Below are positions 1 through 9,601 of a stretch of 64,000 nucleotides of DNA, piece by piece; within the stretch, counting starts at the first letter, position 1; each line of letters starts with the position of its first letter. The stretch lies in the sequence record MH221129.1. One strand, written 5' to 3'. The notes beneath the pieces are model-generated. The model was given only the letters and a program-made list of their open reading frames with translations. It was not told the DNA's origin and did not search any database. Made by a program: the position numbers and the translations under genes.

Positions 1-559
1 GGCCCGCGATATTCATCGTGGATTCCAGTCGCGATTTTACCGAAGCGTAGTCAGTACCGATGGCAGACAACGCATTATCGCGAATGTCCATCAGACTGCT
101 CCAGCCTTTACTTAACAGACTGCCTGCACCACCCGGTGATAGATAGCTAAGCGCATTCTGACCTTCCTGGTTAATTTTCTGGAAGGGTTCGGAGACGTCA
201 CGCTTTTGTGGGTCGAGTACCGGTAACGCGTTTTTGGTGTCGGATGCGAACGTCGGGATGCGCTGTGGAGGTGAAACCCCTGACGCGGCAGACCCTGCGG
301 TTTTAACACCGCTGACAGATGCCGTGTCGCTACCACCAAACAAGTTACCGATCTTCTCACCAAGACCACTACCAGTTTCGTAGAGTTTGTTAAACGTCTC
401 CCCGGCTTTAGATGCAAGGCTGCTGACAGTATCTTGCGCATTCTGAATGCCACGTTCAGCATCGGCAACCGTGCTTTGTACACGGTTTGCTGCATTGTTG
501 ACGGTATTCTGCGCATTACCAATTTGACTGGTGATCCCGTCAAGGTTGTTCAGTTTCAT
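1..559 (-). CDS. Hypothetical protein, runs off the window start (MKLNNLDGITSQIGNAQNTVNNAANRVQSTVADAERGIQ...); possibly virion-associated
   Basis: Translated by hand. ATG at 559 overlaps the end of the 540..1421 gene and there is no stop before base 1. Not in the ORF track; the track's 112..543 ORF is a different frame. Confidence 0.75.
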   Translation of the reverse strand, partial: MKLNNLDGITSQIGNAQNTVNNAANRVQSTVADAERGIQNAQDTVSSLASKAGETFNKLYETGSGLGEKIGNLFGGSDTASVSGVKTAGSAASGVSPPQRIPTFASDTKNALPVLDPQKRDVSEPFQKINQEGQNALSYLSPGGAGSLLSKGWSSLMDIRDNALSAIGTDYASVKSRLESTMNIAG

Positions 560-1421
560 TGGAACTCCAGAATCGATATGTTGTTAGATCCACTTTTTGC
601 GTGGCTTCATAGGACAGACCGTTACCGTGCCGAATTTTGAACGTAATTTCAAATTCACGAATGTCCATTGCCTGGAGGATGATTAAAAACCATCGCCAAG
701 TAATAGCCTCTGTGTGCCGGAGAGCCTGCTTCATGTTGTTCCGTCGGTCGCCTCGCTTTGACGACGTTCCCGGACACAACTTCGGATTGTTCACGTAGTT
801 GGTTGACCAACGTTCCCAGTTAGCTGGGGTGATTTTGTACGCCGCCATGAATCGATAAATCAACCTTAATAAAGGGTGCTTCATCACATGCGTGTACGTG
901 TGCACGGCATCTTCGATATAACGGTTAACATCACGAGATGCTGAGCTATCAAATTTTTCCTTGCGTTTGCGACGATTCTCGTCACGCAAGTTCTTCAGGA
1001 AATCAGGACGCACCCACGTCCCATCCTGCACCCATGCTTTCGAGCCAAAGTTCCCACGTTTAGCGTCAATGGTGATAGTCAGATGTTCCATCTGCATCAC
1101 CGCCAAGCCCTCGATAAAACGTTTCCAGGTTAAATCCGCTGGAAAGTCTGCAGAACTGCCCCCAGTAAGAGCCGTCATTAATCGACTGAGTCTGTCAATT
1201 TGTGTGGTCTTCTTACTGTCACGGAACTGTTTTAAGTACGCTTCGTTACTGATGTGCTCCCTCAATAACTCTCGCCAGGTAGACTCACTATAACCCTGCT
1301 GCGTAAACAGTTCCCAAAATGCGATGCGTAGCGGTTTCCCCGAAGGGTCCACAGCCGGCATCTTTCCCGAGAGGAGAACTTTGATATTACTTTCTCCTCG
1401 GGTTTTCTTTTCATCTTCCAT
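540..1421 (-). CDS. Hypothetical jumbo-phage protein with an internal two-fold repeat
   Basis: 293 aa ORF, SD (AAGGTG) upstream; LTWKRFIEGLAVMQMEHLTITI resembles ITWRWFLIILQAMDIREFEITF. Confidence 0.8.
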   Translation of the reverse strand: MEDEKKTRGESNIKVLLSGKMPAVDPSGKPLRIAFWELFTQQGYSESTWRELLREHISNEAYLKQFRDSKKTTQIDRLSRLMTALTGGSSADFPADLTWKRFIEGLAVMQMEHLTITIDAKRGNFGSKAWVQDGTWVRPDFLKNLRDENRRKRKEKFDSSASRDVNRYIEDAVHTYTHVMKHPLLRLIYRFMAAYKITPANWERWSTNYVNNPKLCPGTSSKRGDRRNNMKQALRHTEAITWRWFLIILQAMDIREFEITFKIRHGNGLSYEATQKVDLTTYRFWSSNETEQP

Positions 1422-1452
1422 ATATCACCTTGTTACAAGGGAGTGATGTCCG

Positions 1453-1983
1453 TTAGAGATAGTGTTCCACTATGGTCTCTAACTCGCGGAGGATGTGCGC
1501 GGTTTGATTGTACAAGGTATCCCTTTCGGGGGTTTGTTTATCGAACGCACACTGATACAAATCTAACATCGCGAAAACTGTGCGGAGTTTATCGCGTGCT
1601 ATTTCTGGATTCGGCGTACCGAAATATTGGTCGAGCCAACGACTAGCGACCTGTTCTCCTTTTCTGTCAATTGCTTCGGGTAAGTCCAGCCAACGTTGAT
1701 TGGGTAGATTGCTATTGGTTACACGATTATACTCAGAGATAAAAAACTCCAACCGCTCCACTAACGTATCAAAGTCCCCAATACGTAATTCGAGTTTACC
1801 ACGTAAACTCATGGGGCGATAAATATCCCCATTATATTCCAGAGGCTCTGTAATAAGCTCTAAGCCTACCATAACACGTTGTAAGGTATTATGGGTATTC
1901 TTATGAAACTCGGCCTCTAAATCGCGTCTGCGGCTCTTTACAGCCTTCTGACGCAGGAGTGTTGAAAGCCATTTGAAAAGCAT
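1453..1983 (-). CDS. Hypothetical protein
   Basis: 176 aa ORF, with a conserved promoter-like motif upstream at 2019-2036. Confidence 0.75.
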   Translation of the reverse strand: MLFKWLSTLLRQKAVKSRRRDLEAEFHKNTHNTLQRVMVGLELITEPLEYNGDIYRPMSLRGKLELRIGDFDTLVERLEFFISEYNRVTNSNLPNQRWLDLPEAIDRKGEQVASRWLDQYFGTPNPEIARDKLRTVFAMLDLYQCAFDKQTPERDTLYNQTAHILRELETIVEHYL

Positions 1984-2018
1984 AGGTGTTATCCTATAAT
2001 GAGAGGTTGTCTCGGATA

Positions 2019-2036
2019 GATAATATCTGTCTGAGT
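2019..2036 (-). promoter_or_regulatory. Putative phage promoter motif copy (ACTCAGACAGATATTATC)
   Basis: One of six similar 18-mers found upstream of minus-strand genes. Confidence 0.5.
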
Positions 2037-2059
2037 TCTTTTTGAGATGAGGTTATCCA

Positions 2060-2536
2060 ATGAGCAGCGAAGAAGTGAGATACCAAGCGTTCGACGGAGA
2101 TGTGGACAACGAAGATTCGCTTCTCCGCCAAACTCAACAACTGCGCATCAAGCTAGTCACCGATATTGTCAATGATGGTCAAGTCCATAAAGACTTAAAA
2201 GCCGTTGACCGGGTCGAGCGTTTAATTAACGGTATCGACAAACAGGTCATGACTAAGCGGAAAATCCAAGCTGCAGAGAAAGGCGCAGAAGCAACACAGG
2301 ATTTGGCGAACAGTCTGAACGGTTTCTTGATGCAACGCGCCGGCGTTCGCATCGCTCGTCACGACGATACCCCCGAGGATTTAAATGGCGGGTACCAACC
2401 CACTGTCCCTGAGATCGCCGCGAAGCGACCCGTAAAAGACGGTGAGTTGGCACCAGTGGGCGAAAAGATTGATGTTGATGCAATCATGTCTACGGCGTTT
2501 GCGAATCGTCGTCCCGCGGAGGACGACGAAGACTAA
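2060..2536 (+). CDS. Hypothetical protein
   Basis: 158 aa ORF with SD GAGGT; divergent from 1453..1983. Confidence 0.75.
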   Translation: MSSEEVRYQAFDGDVDNEDSLLRQTQQLRIKLVTDIVNDGQVHKDLKAVDRVERLINGIDKQVMTKRKIQAAEKGAEATQDLANSLNGFLMQRAGVRIARHDDTPEDLNGGYQPTVPEIAAKRPVKDGELAPVGEKIDVDAIMSTAFANRRPAEDDED

Positions 2537-3212
2537 ACATTGCCGTGTCCTTGACGTCGGTAGTAACGTATTGCGCGAGATAACGAGTGGACTCCTTAAA
2601 GGGGTTCGCTCCATCTCTTTTTATTAACGCAATTGTTTCTTCTGTCAACTCGCTGGTCAACAGACTAGGACGCGTGATGGTAAAAGACGGTATCGGTTTA
2701 GAAAATGCTTTCGCGTGTTCTTTAATCCAGGGGTACCAGTCATACATCACCCAACCATCCCAAGCAGCCGCTAAACGTCCAGGCGTTAGCTCGCTATGCG
2801 AGATGCAAACGATGTCTACTGGAACAGCACTGTAGTACGCCCGCAGGTTCTCCAGAAACTCTTGCCGTTCTTCATCGTCCAAATCCATATACGGCCACAG
2901 GTTAAACGTTAACTGCGGTCTCTCTATGGGCGAGTGCATCTGAATGCTTAGCAGCATCGCATGGATTTCGTTTTTCAACGTCAGTAAGAACTCGGTCGGT
3001 TGCGCATTCTTCAGTGCACGCTTATCGCGCTCTGCAAACCGCTTATCCCATTCCGTTATCCCCACCACTTCCGCCCACGAATCAGTAAACCTTCTTCGAT
3101 AAACTTCCAAATCCAGTTTTTCCAACACGTCAGGCTGCAACACCTCTGCCCACCCCAAACGGGTATCGAACAGTGTGTCGATATCGATTAAGAAACGGCG
3201 TCCTAGTCTCAT
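2490..3212 (-). CDS. Hypothetical protein with an N-terminal DxDT motif (possible HAD-like fold)
   Basis: 240 aa; FLIDIDTLFD near the N-terminus; ATGA overlap with the RNAP fragment gene. Confidence 0.7.
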   Translation of the reverse strand: MRLGRRFLIDIDTLFDTRLGWAEVLQPDVLEKLDLEVYRRRFTDSWAEVVGITEWDKRFAERDKRALKNAQPTEFLLTLKNEIHAMLLSIQMHSPIERPQLTFNLWPYMDLDDEERQEFLENLRAYYSAVPVDIVCISHSELTPGRLAAAWDGWVMYDWYPWIKEHAKAFSKPIPSFTITRPSLLTSELTEETIALIKRDGANPFKESTRYLAQYVTTDVKDTAMFSLRRPPRDDDSQTP

Positions 3213-3877
3213 TCCGGGCGTCCTATGTTGTTACCAATGTGCATGGCTTTAAAGTACGAAGACCATGTACGTGGAGCCTTCGAACTCGTACGCTCTGCAC
3301 CCTCGAGGTTAATACGGCCTTTACCCGTCTGTCTCAGTGACTGGTAGAACGCACGCTGTAATGTGTCGTTACCGCCACGACCCCACAGAAACTCTTGTAG
3401 GGTAGCATCGTGTCCGTCGGAGAACATGATGTATGCTTCCGGGAAAGAGACACCCGAAGCTTTAGATGGGCCTACAACCTGACCAGACAATTTATCGCGC
3501 ACTTTATCGTTCCGCGCTACGGCCATCTTCTTCTCCTGCATCTGCGTCTGACGACGTGCAGGCAGCTGGAAGACTAGATGGGGATAGCGGGTACGTTGTA
3601 GGATACCGGTTTTCGGTTCCGTGAGCCACAGGCGCTGGCATAAGCTCAGTCCCATCGCTTCGCAAATTTTGATGTTGCGCATATGGTCAATTTTGACCTT
3701 ACCGCCAGTCGGGTTGTAAATCGGGATACCATCCCGCAGACGATTAAAGTCGTCGTCTGACATGCTTGAAAAGGCGCGTTTAGCGGCTTCCGCATTAATC
3801 CCGGTCGGGTCAACCAACTTTAAAAAATCGATAGCATAAGCTTCTGCTTTTTTTCTCCGTGCCGGGTCCAATCTCAT
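3209..3877 (-). CDS. Virion RNA polymerase beta subunit, C-terminal fragment (phiKZ gp149-like)
   Basis: RRQTQMQEKKMAVARNDKVRDKLSGQVVGPSKASGVSFPEAYIMFSDGHDATLQEFLWGRGG aligns by eye with the RpoB C-terminus (DDKMHARS..YSLVTQQPLGG..GEMEVWAL.AYGA..TLQE.LT.KSD). Position near uvsX matches phiKZ-like synteny. Confidence 0.75.
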   Translation of the reverse strand: MRLDPARRKKAEAYAIDFLKLVDPTGINAEAAKRAFSSMSDDDFNRLRDGIPIYNPTGGKVKIDHMRNIKICEAMGLSLCQRLWLTEPKTGILQRTRYPHLVFQLPARRQTQMQEKKMAVARNDKVRDKLSGQVVGPSKASGVSFPEAYIMFSDGHDATLQEFLWGRGGNDTLQRAFYQSLRQTGKGRINLEGAERTSSKAPRTWSSYFKAMHIGNNIGRPE

Positions 3878-4149
3878 TGTTTCGCCCTCTCACGCAGAAT
3901 AGGCAGTGCAGCCCGTTCCAGATCTTCAATCCAATACGGAATATCGTCATAATGCTCAGGCACACCCACAGCATCAATTTTGGATTTGTTGTTAATCAGC
4001 TGCGCATAATGCGCATTAATCTCTTTACTGATTACACTTAAATCATGACGAGGTTCCGAGAACTTGTTACGGAACGTTTCGCTCAGGTTCTGGTCAATAC
4101 CAGCCAGACCCAGAGAAAGACGTTCGATAATCTCTTTCTGGTAACGCAT
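3874..4149 (-). CDS. Hypothetical protein
   Basis: 91 aa ORF coupled to 3209..3877 by an ATGA overlap. Confidence 0.7.
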   Translation of the reverse strand: MRYQKEIIERLSLGLAGIDQNLSETFRNKFSEPRHDLSVISKEINAHYAQLINNKSKIDAVGVPEHYDDIPYWIEDLERAALPILRERAKQ

Positions 4150-4191
4150 CTTGAGTCCTCGAGAAAGAAGGCGGGTTTCCCCGCCTACGTT

Positions 4192-5673
4192 TTATTTTTT
4201 CTTAGTCAGGAACTTCGGTTCCAAACCATCAACAGCCATCGCCAGAAGAGACATAGCAGTTAAGCAACGCTTACCACCTTTCACTTCCTGGTCTTTGAAC
4301 ATCCAGTATTCCACCGTGTTATCCAGAATTTCATTCCAGTCCCACTTCTCGTCGATAAGCTTATACAGCTCCTCCGGAGTGATATGGTATTTCATTTCCA
4401 GACGGTGGTAGTTGTTCTGCATGTACGCTAACGCCGAAGTGATTTCTAACGCACGACGAAGACGCGCATTATCATCACAAAGATCGCGGATGGTGGTACG
4501 CATGAACTTTGTCCCTGGCAGGAGATGCAGTTCATAGTTCGCGCCGGTACGAGTGTAACCCCATTCGTTTTTCAGCACTTCACTCAGGTAATACCACAGT
4601 GAGAGGTGGTACAGGAGACCCATCTCTTGTGAGAATACCATAGTGAACTTCACACCAGTGTGACCGCCCTTTGCACGGTACTGCGTGAAGACGATTTTCT
4701 TCAAATCGTTAACTGACGCGTTCATTGCACGCGAGCGTGCAGTCGGGTATTTCTCTTCGTTAACACCCGTTTTCGCGTTATACGAACCGTCTTCTTTCAA
4801 CTCGCCGGAACTGGTTGCAACCAGCAAGGAGTTAGTTAAGAATGACAGCTGGCGACGTGGGATACCTGCAAACTTCAGATCGTCGTTTGCATCGTCCAGC
4901 AGTTTCCCGTTTGCTTTCGGGCCACCACGACCTTGGCTCATCGCTTTACCGGCATCATCTGCCAGTTGAGCAACAAAGCCCATGTAGAAACCACCGCGCG
5001 CAAACGCAGACGGCCAACGACTCATCATGTTGGATTTCTGCAATGCGTCGTGGGCGTTCAGGATGTTCTGTTCGGAATCACCGACTTCTGACTTCGCGTG
5101 CTTATCTTCCAGCGAAGAGGTGTGCCACTCAGACAGGGAGTCAATGGAGTAGAGCCACGGGTCAAGGATTTTCTTCAGAGCACGACGAACTGGGTCAGGG
5201 AACGGTGTTTCACGCGCCTTGCCTTTCATGTACTCTTTGAATCGTCCCTCTACTTCATCACGAATATAGGTGGAGTAATATTCTTCACCTGGCATGATAT
5301 CCGAACCGACCATGTTGTAACGCTGTTCGTGGATCAGATCCAGCACGCTACCGCCTTCGAGGCCGTTAGCTTTCGCTGCAGAGATGTAGCCTGTTTCCAG
5401 ACGACTCAATGCTGCTGTGACTTCGGTGTCGTACTTAGACCCCCAAGCCGCATTATAACGTTGCAGTATCATGAAAATACAAAAGTCCATCAGTGTGGAC
5501 TTAAAGGTATTACCACGACCTGCGAAGCCCATGATGTGGGCAAATCCACCGTTCAGGTAGTAGAGACCATCTTCGCCCTTTTCGTAGTTCCCAAGGGCGT
5601 GATCCATGATGGTGTATACGTTAAAACGTGGGCGTATCACTTCACCCATAACTTGTTTAGCTGGACCTGCCAT
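4192..5673 (-). CDS. uvsX: UvsX/RecA-family recombinase (phiKZ-type)
   Basis: 493 aa; Walker A-like GFAGRGNTFKST, Walker B YSIDSLSE, RecA-like order of motifs; typical jumbo-phage length. Confidence 0.8.
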   Translation of the reverse strand: MAGPAKQVMGEVIRPRFNVYTIMDHALGNYEKGEDGLYYLNGGFAHIMGFAGRGNTFKSTLMDFCIFMILQRYNAAWGSKYDTEVTAALSRLETGYISAAKANGLEGGSVLDLIHEQRYNMVGSDIMPGEEYYSTYIRDEVEGRFKEYMKGKARETPFPDPVRRALKKILDPWLYSIDSLSEWHTSSLEDKHAKSEVGDSEQNILNAHDALQKSNMMSRWPSAFARGGFYMGFVAQLADDAGKAMSQGRGGPKANGKLLDDANDDLKFAGIPRRQLSFLTNSLLVATSSGELKEDGSYNAKTGVNEEKYPTARSRAMNASVNDLKKIVFTQYRAKGGHTGVKFTMVFSQEMGLLYHLSLWYYLSEVLKNEWGYTRTGANYELHLLPGTKFMRTTIRDLCDDNARLRRALEITSALAYMQNNYHRLEMKYHITPEELYKLIDEKWDWNEILDNTVEYWMFKDQEVKGGKRCLTAMSLLAMAVDGLEPKFLTKKK

Positions 5674-5688
5674 TTAGCGCTCCGTCAA

Positions 5689-6018
5689 TTAGCGTTTTTT
5701 CAGTGGAAGAAGCAGACGACGTTTATGCCAGTTATCGAAGTGCAGCTCCGCCCACTCAGTGACATCGTTGTCATCTTTCGGGTTCGGATTAGCTACATCC
5801 TTGAAACGGTTTTTGTTGCGGTCGTCAATTTCGATTTCCAACACGCGCTTGCCATCAGCACGCGTTGTAATGTTCACGATACGGCCAATGGTAACTGGGT
5901 TACCTGTGGCATCTTTTTTGGTCGGAGTGGTGTAGATTTCCGGCTCAACACGAGAAGTAAGTACACGAGTCAGGAGTTTGATTTTCATCACTTGATACCT
6001 TTGGCTGTTCTCGTTCAT
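5689..6018 (-). CDS. Hypothetical protein
   Basis: 109 aa ORF co-oriented with and directly upstream of uvsX. Confidence 0.7.
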   Translation of the reverse strand: MNENSQRYQVMKIKLLTRVLTSRVEPEIYTTPTKKDATGNPVTIGRIVNITTRADGKRVLEIEIDDRNKNRFKDVANPNPKDDNDVTEWAELHFDNWHKRRLLLPLKKR

Positions 6019-6084
6019 AAGGTTTGGGCAATACGTAAAAGACTTACTATGTAGCCCAATCCCTTATATTTCGAGGTTGATAGA

Positions 6085-6840
6085 ATGAATGTTAATCCAC
6101 TTGCAGCGTTGTCGGGCTTTGTTGCCAAAGCGTCCACGATTCTGCCTAAAGCCTTTGGTGGCCCTCAACAGGAACTCGCGCTGACCACTTATGACGACAT
6201 GTCTGATGTGTCCAAGTGGATGCAGCAAGAGAAGTTTTTAAACTTTACCGGGATGCTGGTGCCCGTCCCTCCGGGATTCAACACGTACGTGATGGACCAC
6301 ATAGAACGGTTGGAATCTGTATGGGATTCCCTGCAAAAAATTCAAGAGGGTGTTTTGTCCCCGATTGATAAACAGTTTGCAGCCCAGACTCATGACCTCG
6401 GTATGCTCTCTCTGCCGGTGGGCTTCCGTTTTAAAGATGTAAACTATCCACTGAAAAACATCAACCCGAAAGACCTGGTTGAGAAGCTTTCCAAGTCATA
6501 CACCAACTCTGTGATTGACCAACGTCCTATCGAAAAGACGTATCACAAAGCCGGTGAAATTGACGTAGCATTCAATCGTGCAAAAGCACTGAACCTGGAA
6601 ATCACCAAGAAGTTGAAGAACGGGATCGACCGTACCATTGAAAGTATCAATGCGTCAGTTGACATCATTGCCAATTCCAACGTTCACCCTAACTGCGCCG
6701 CCGAGCTGTCCAAGATGGCAGACGCTGGGGCTGATTGGGTAGAACTGTTCGGCCTGTTCATGAAACAGGTTAATGAGTTGACCGAGTGCCTGAACATCAC
6801 TGGTGACCGTCTGAAAGCGCTGAAAGCAAACAAAAAATAA
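6085..6840 (+). CDS. Hypothetical helical protein, possibly virion-associated
   Basis: 251 aa ORF with SD GAGGT, followed by a terminator. Confidence 0.75.
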   Translation: MNVNPLAALSGFVAKASTILPKAFGGPQQELALTTYDDMSDVSKWMQQEKFLNFTGMLVPVPPGFNTYVMDHIERLESVWDSLQKIQEGVLSPIDKQFAAQTHDLGMLSLPVGFRFKDVNYPLKNINPKDLVEKLSKSYTNSVIDQRPIEKTYHKAGEIDVAFNRAKALNLEITKKLKNGIDRTIESINASVDIIANSNVHPNCAAELSKMADAGADWVELFGLFMKQVNELTECLNITGDRLKALKANKK

Positions 6841-6851
6841 AAGTAGAAGCA

Positions 6852-6889
6852 CTGCCTACCCCAATGGGGTAGGCAGGCTTTATTTTTTT
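6852..6889. terminator. Bidirectional intrinsic terminator
   Basis: CTGCCTACCCC-AAT-GGGGTAGGCAG stem, T-tract on the right and A-tract on the left, between convergent genes. Confidence 0.85.
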
Positions 6890-6901
6890 AGCTAATGGCA
6901 T

Positions 6902-7444
6902 TCAGAACTTGCCTATGGCGATATTCTGCGTCGGCTCTACCACGATGAGGATTTCTTTCAGGCGAGAACAGATATGTTCCCAGACCTGAACTTCCAGTTC
7001 ACGGAAAGTCGTTTTCACTTCATACATGAACTGCGGCTTAAAGTCCTCACGTTTGAACGCCTCCCACGATTCGCTCAACGCTTTAGCATCTTCACCGCCC
7101 ATGCGAATGATGTGCTCGATATTGTTGTTGGTGTCGTACGCCTTATCAACTTTATCGATAGCTTCATCCACTTTCAGTTCAACCGTGAAGCGTCCCAGCT
7201 TGGCCTGGAGGAAGCCGTCTTGATTGTCTTCATCATTGTAGCTAAACTCTGCTACACGACGACTCAAGTCCATTGCTTCGTTGATGGCCAACTGAACGAT
7301 AGAAGACGCAATGAGACCTGCGTGGTGTGGGTAGTCCACCATTTTAGGCATCAGTAAGTCTTCAACCTTTCGTTTCAGTTTAAACATCGCTGCCGGGAAC
7401 GCTTCACGAAACTCATCATCCAACAAGTCAATATAAATCTTCAT
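6902..7444 (-). CDS. Hypothetical protein
   Basis: 180 aa acidic ORF, ATGA-coupled to the upstream gene. Confidence 0.75.
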   Translation of the reverse strand: MKIYIDLLDDEFREAFPAAMFKLKRKVEDLLMPKMVDYPHHAGLIASSIVQLAINEAMDLSRRVAEFSYNDEDNQDGFLQAKLGRFTVELKVDEAIDKVDKAYDTNNNIEHIIRMGGEDAKALSESWEAFKREDFKPQFMYEVKTTFRELEVQVWEHICSRLKEILIVVEPTQNIAIGKF

Positions 7445-7980
7445 AATGCTTGCTTCCCGTATTTCTCACCGAGGTAAAGCAGCTCACGTCGACAGATACC
7501 CAACACATTCATTTCAGCCGAACGGTAGAGCTGAGTGATTTTGTCGATGATGGACTGGTCAAGGATATCAGACCACGTAACCGTGTCAGTTACGTTGGCC
7601 GTACGGCCGTTAATGATAACCGCCACGTACGTTTCACCCAGGTTCTCTTGATGTAGCCCGGCCAATGATTCACCAACCTTATCAAACGCTTCGCTGAGCA
7701 AGTCAGTGATTTGGTCTGCACCTTCGACAAGTTCGAAACGGTGTGGGTAGTTCAAGATATTGCGCAGCCGTGTGAACATGCGTTCAATCAGCTGGTTTAC
7801 CATCGCATCAGTATCACTGATAGCCACATCTACACCGGAACCCATCTCATCAGAAAGACGATTCTCATGAACGGCCAAAGCGTCATGGAGTTCGAACTCC
7901 ACGTCTTTCTTTAGAGCCATGAGTATCTCGTCTAACTGACGGCGTGACTCCGACATTGCGAAGTCAATTACGATTTGCAT
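7441..7980 (-). CDS. Hypothetical protein (weak resemblance to 6902..7444)
   Basis: Start moved to ATG 7980 after SD AAGGGG. Confidence 0.75.
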   Translation of the reverse strand: MQIVIDFAMSESRRQLDEILMALKKDVEFELHDALAVHENRLSDEMGSGVDVAISDTDAMVNQLIERMFTRLRNILNYPHRFELVEGADQITDLLSEAFDKVGESLAGLHQENLGETYVAVIINGRTANVTDTVTWSDILDQSIIDKITQLYRSAEMNVLGICRRELLYLGEKYGKQAL

Positions 7981-7991
7981 TACGTTCCCCT

Positions 7992-8408
7992 TTACAAGTT
8001 GCTTGCCAGATGATTGGTCTTTTCTGTAAACCAATAGCGGCAAGCAACAAGGTCAACAATGTTGTACACCAGATCGTCGCCATGTAGACCGGTTTGCACA
8101 ATCTCGTTACCCAGCTTAATAATCAGGTCTTTGCGATTATCTAACAACAGCAACACGATGCGACGAACTTCTTCCCGGATAGCCACATCGCTTAGGCAGC
8201 GATAGCGATCGGTCAGGTTAAGCATGATGGTGTCGTATGCGCCTTTTTGAACAGGGCGTCCACCGTGACCTGCTTCTAGCGCAAGAAGGGAGACATTAAT
8301 TAAAACCTCGGTAACCACGGAATAAACCATCCCGCGATTACCGTGAATCTCCACACCCTTTAAGTAATCCTGCAAGTCCATCAATGACTCGCTGTACACC
8401 TTAATCAT
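7992..8408 (-). CDS. Hypothetical protein
   Basis: 138 aa ORF within a tight minus-strand run. Confidence 0.7.
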   Translation of the reverse strand: MIKVYSESLMDLQDYLKGVEIHGNRGMVYSVVTEVLINVSLLALEAGHGGRPVQKGAYDTIMLNLTDRYRCLSDVAIREEVRRIVLLLLDNRKDLIIKLGNEIVQTGLHGDDLVYNIVDLVACRYWFTEKTNHLASNL

Positions 8409-8418
8409 ACCGCCCCCG

Positions 8419-8790
8419 TTAATTGGTTAACGGCCAAACCCCCGGTGATGGAATCGATTCATGCCCACGCCATTTCTTAATTACAACGAGGCTAGAACCT
8501 GGGAAGCCGTTTAGGTCGAAACCGATTGTTGCAACCACATCAACCTCGGTTTCTAAGGTGGAGTGGCCGACCGGGGAGAGATGAGCGAAGCTAACCACCT
8601 TATTACCTTTAATGGCGGTATCGCGAACAATACGTGCCATCTGTCGTATTTCCGTCGAAACGGGACCGTGGAGAGTCGTTACCTGCGTCGACGGTGCTAA
8701 CCATTTATCGTGCTCAGGCGAGACTATGTAAAGAATAGTCCCTTCTTTAAAGAACTGCTTGACCAGTGTTTCAAATTCATCTTGAGTCAT
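8419..8790 (-). CDS. Hypothetical protein
   Basis: Start moved to ATG 8790 after SD AAGGAG. Confidence 0.7.
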   Translation of the reverse strand: MTQDEFETLVKQFFKEGTILYIVSPEHDKWLAPSTQVTTLHGPVSTEIRQMARIVRDTAIKGNKVVSFAHLSPVGHSTLETEVDVVATIGFDLNGFPGSSLVVIKKWRGHESIPSPGVWPLTN

Positions 8791-8803
8791 TTTAAATACT
8801 CCT

Positions 8804-9541
8804 TCAGTAGTTATTAAGTCGCTGTGCAACATCGCTGTGGATGCGACACATCGTGGTCATTGCCTTATCCGGGATTTGACTGACACAGTTGTCAGTGTAG
8901 AACAGGCCGTTAGAGAGATAGAACTCACAAGTCATGAGATCGGTAAGCTCGTGAAACGTGGTACCGAAACCGTATTGCCATGGCCCGTAGTAGAGGGCAT
9001 CGTAATCCCCGTCCTGAATACCGAAAGCCACGCTGGAACTCTGCCACAGTGTAGAGGATGTTGTATACGTATCGTACCAGTAACCGAGTAAGCGGTATCG
9101 TTGCATAACCTCTCGAAGTTCCTCGAAAACGGTTATGAGCACCCCTTCTACTTGTGTTACAAAATCTTCTTGCAGTAACCGCTCACTGTACCACTCAATG
9201 CAGTGAAAGACCTGCTCCTCGACATCACTCTGCGATAACCCAGTCTCTGAAATTCCCTCCTCGTAGGAGTAACCCTCATAGACGTCGGTGATGTTGCACT
9301 CGACGTGTTCAAGCGTAAACACACGCCGAGTATTTAAACAATCGTACATCTCTTGCAACCACGAAGTAAAGATTTCAATACAGACATTAACCGTTGTATA
9401 TTTGAATTCGTTCTCCATGGGATACCACTGTGGGTTATCGTGCAGCTCCTTCGTTAGATACCGATCCCAATGTTGATAAAACAACCCCTCGAAAAACTGA
9501 GGGGTTATCTTTAACAGTGCCGGCACCTCAATTTTCAACAT
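8804..9541 (-). CDS. Hypothetical acidic protein
   Basis: Start moved to ATG 9541 after SD AAGGAG; promoter motif at 9575-9592. Confidence 0.75.
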   Translation of the reverse strand: MLKIEVPALLKITPQFFEGLFYQHWDRYLTKELHDNPQWYPMENEFKYTTVNVCIEIFTSWLQEMYDCLNTRRVFTLEHVECNITDVYEGYSYEEGISETGLSQSDVEEQVFHCIEWYSERLLQEDFVTQVEGVLITVFEELREVMQRYRLLGYWYDTYTTSSTLWQSSSVAFGIQDGDYDALYYGPWQYGFGTTFHELTDLMTCEFYLSNGLFYTDNCVSQIPDKAMTTMCRIHSDVAQRLNNY

Positions 9542-9574
9542 GTAAATGCTCCTTAAGGTGGCGATGTTCATGCA

Positions 9575-9592
9575 GATAACATCTATCTGAAA
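9575..9592 (-). promoter_or_regulatory. Putative phage promoter motif copy (TTTCAGATAGATGTTATC)
   Basis: Repeated intergenic 18-mer. Confidence 0.55.
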
Positions 9593-9601
9593 ACCGTTGC
9601 G

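Noticed and set aside
112-543. 143 aa track ORF
   Set aside because: A different frame, starting at ATG 559 and open to the window edge, has better composition and coupling.
5098-6054. 318 aa plus-strand ORF
   Set aside because: Antisense to uvsX and 5689..6018; no SD and no recognisable motifs.
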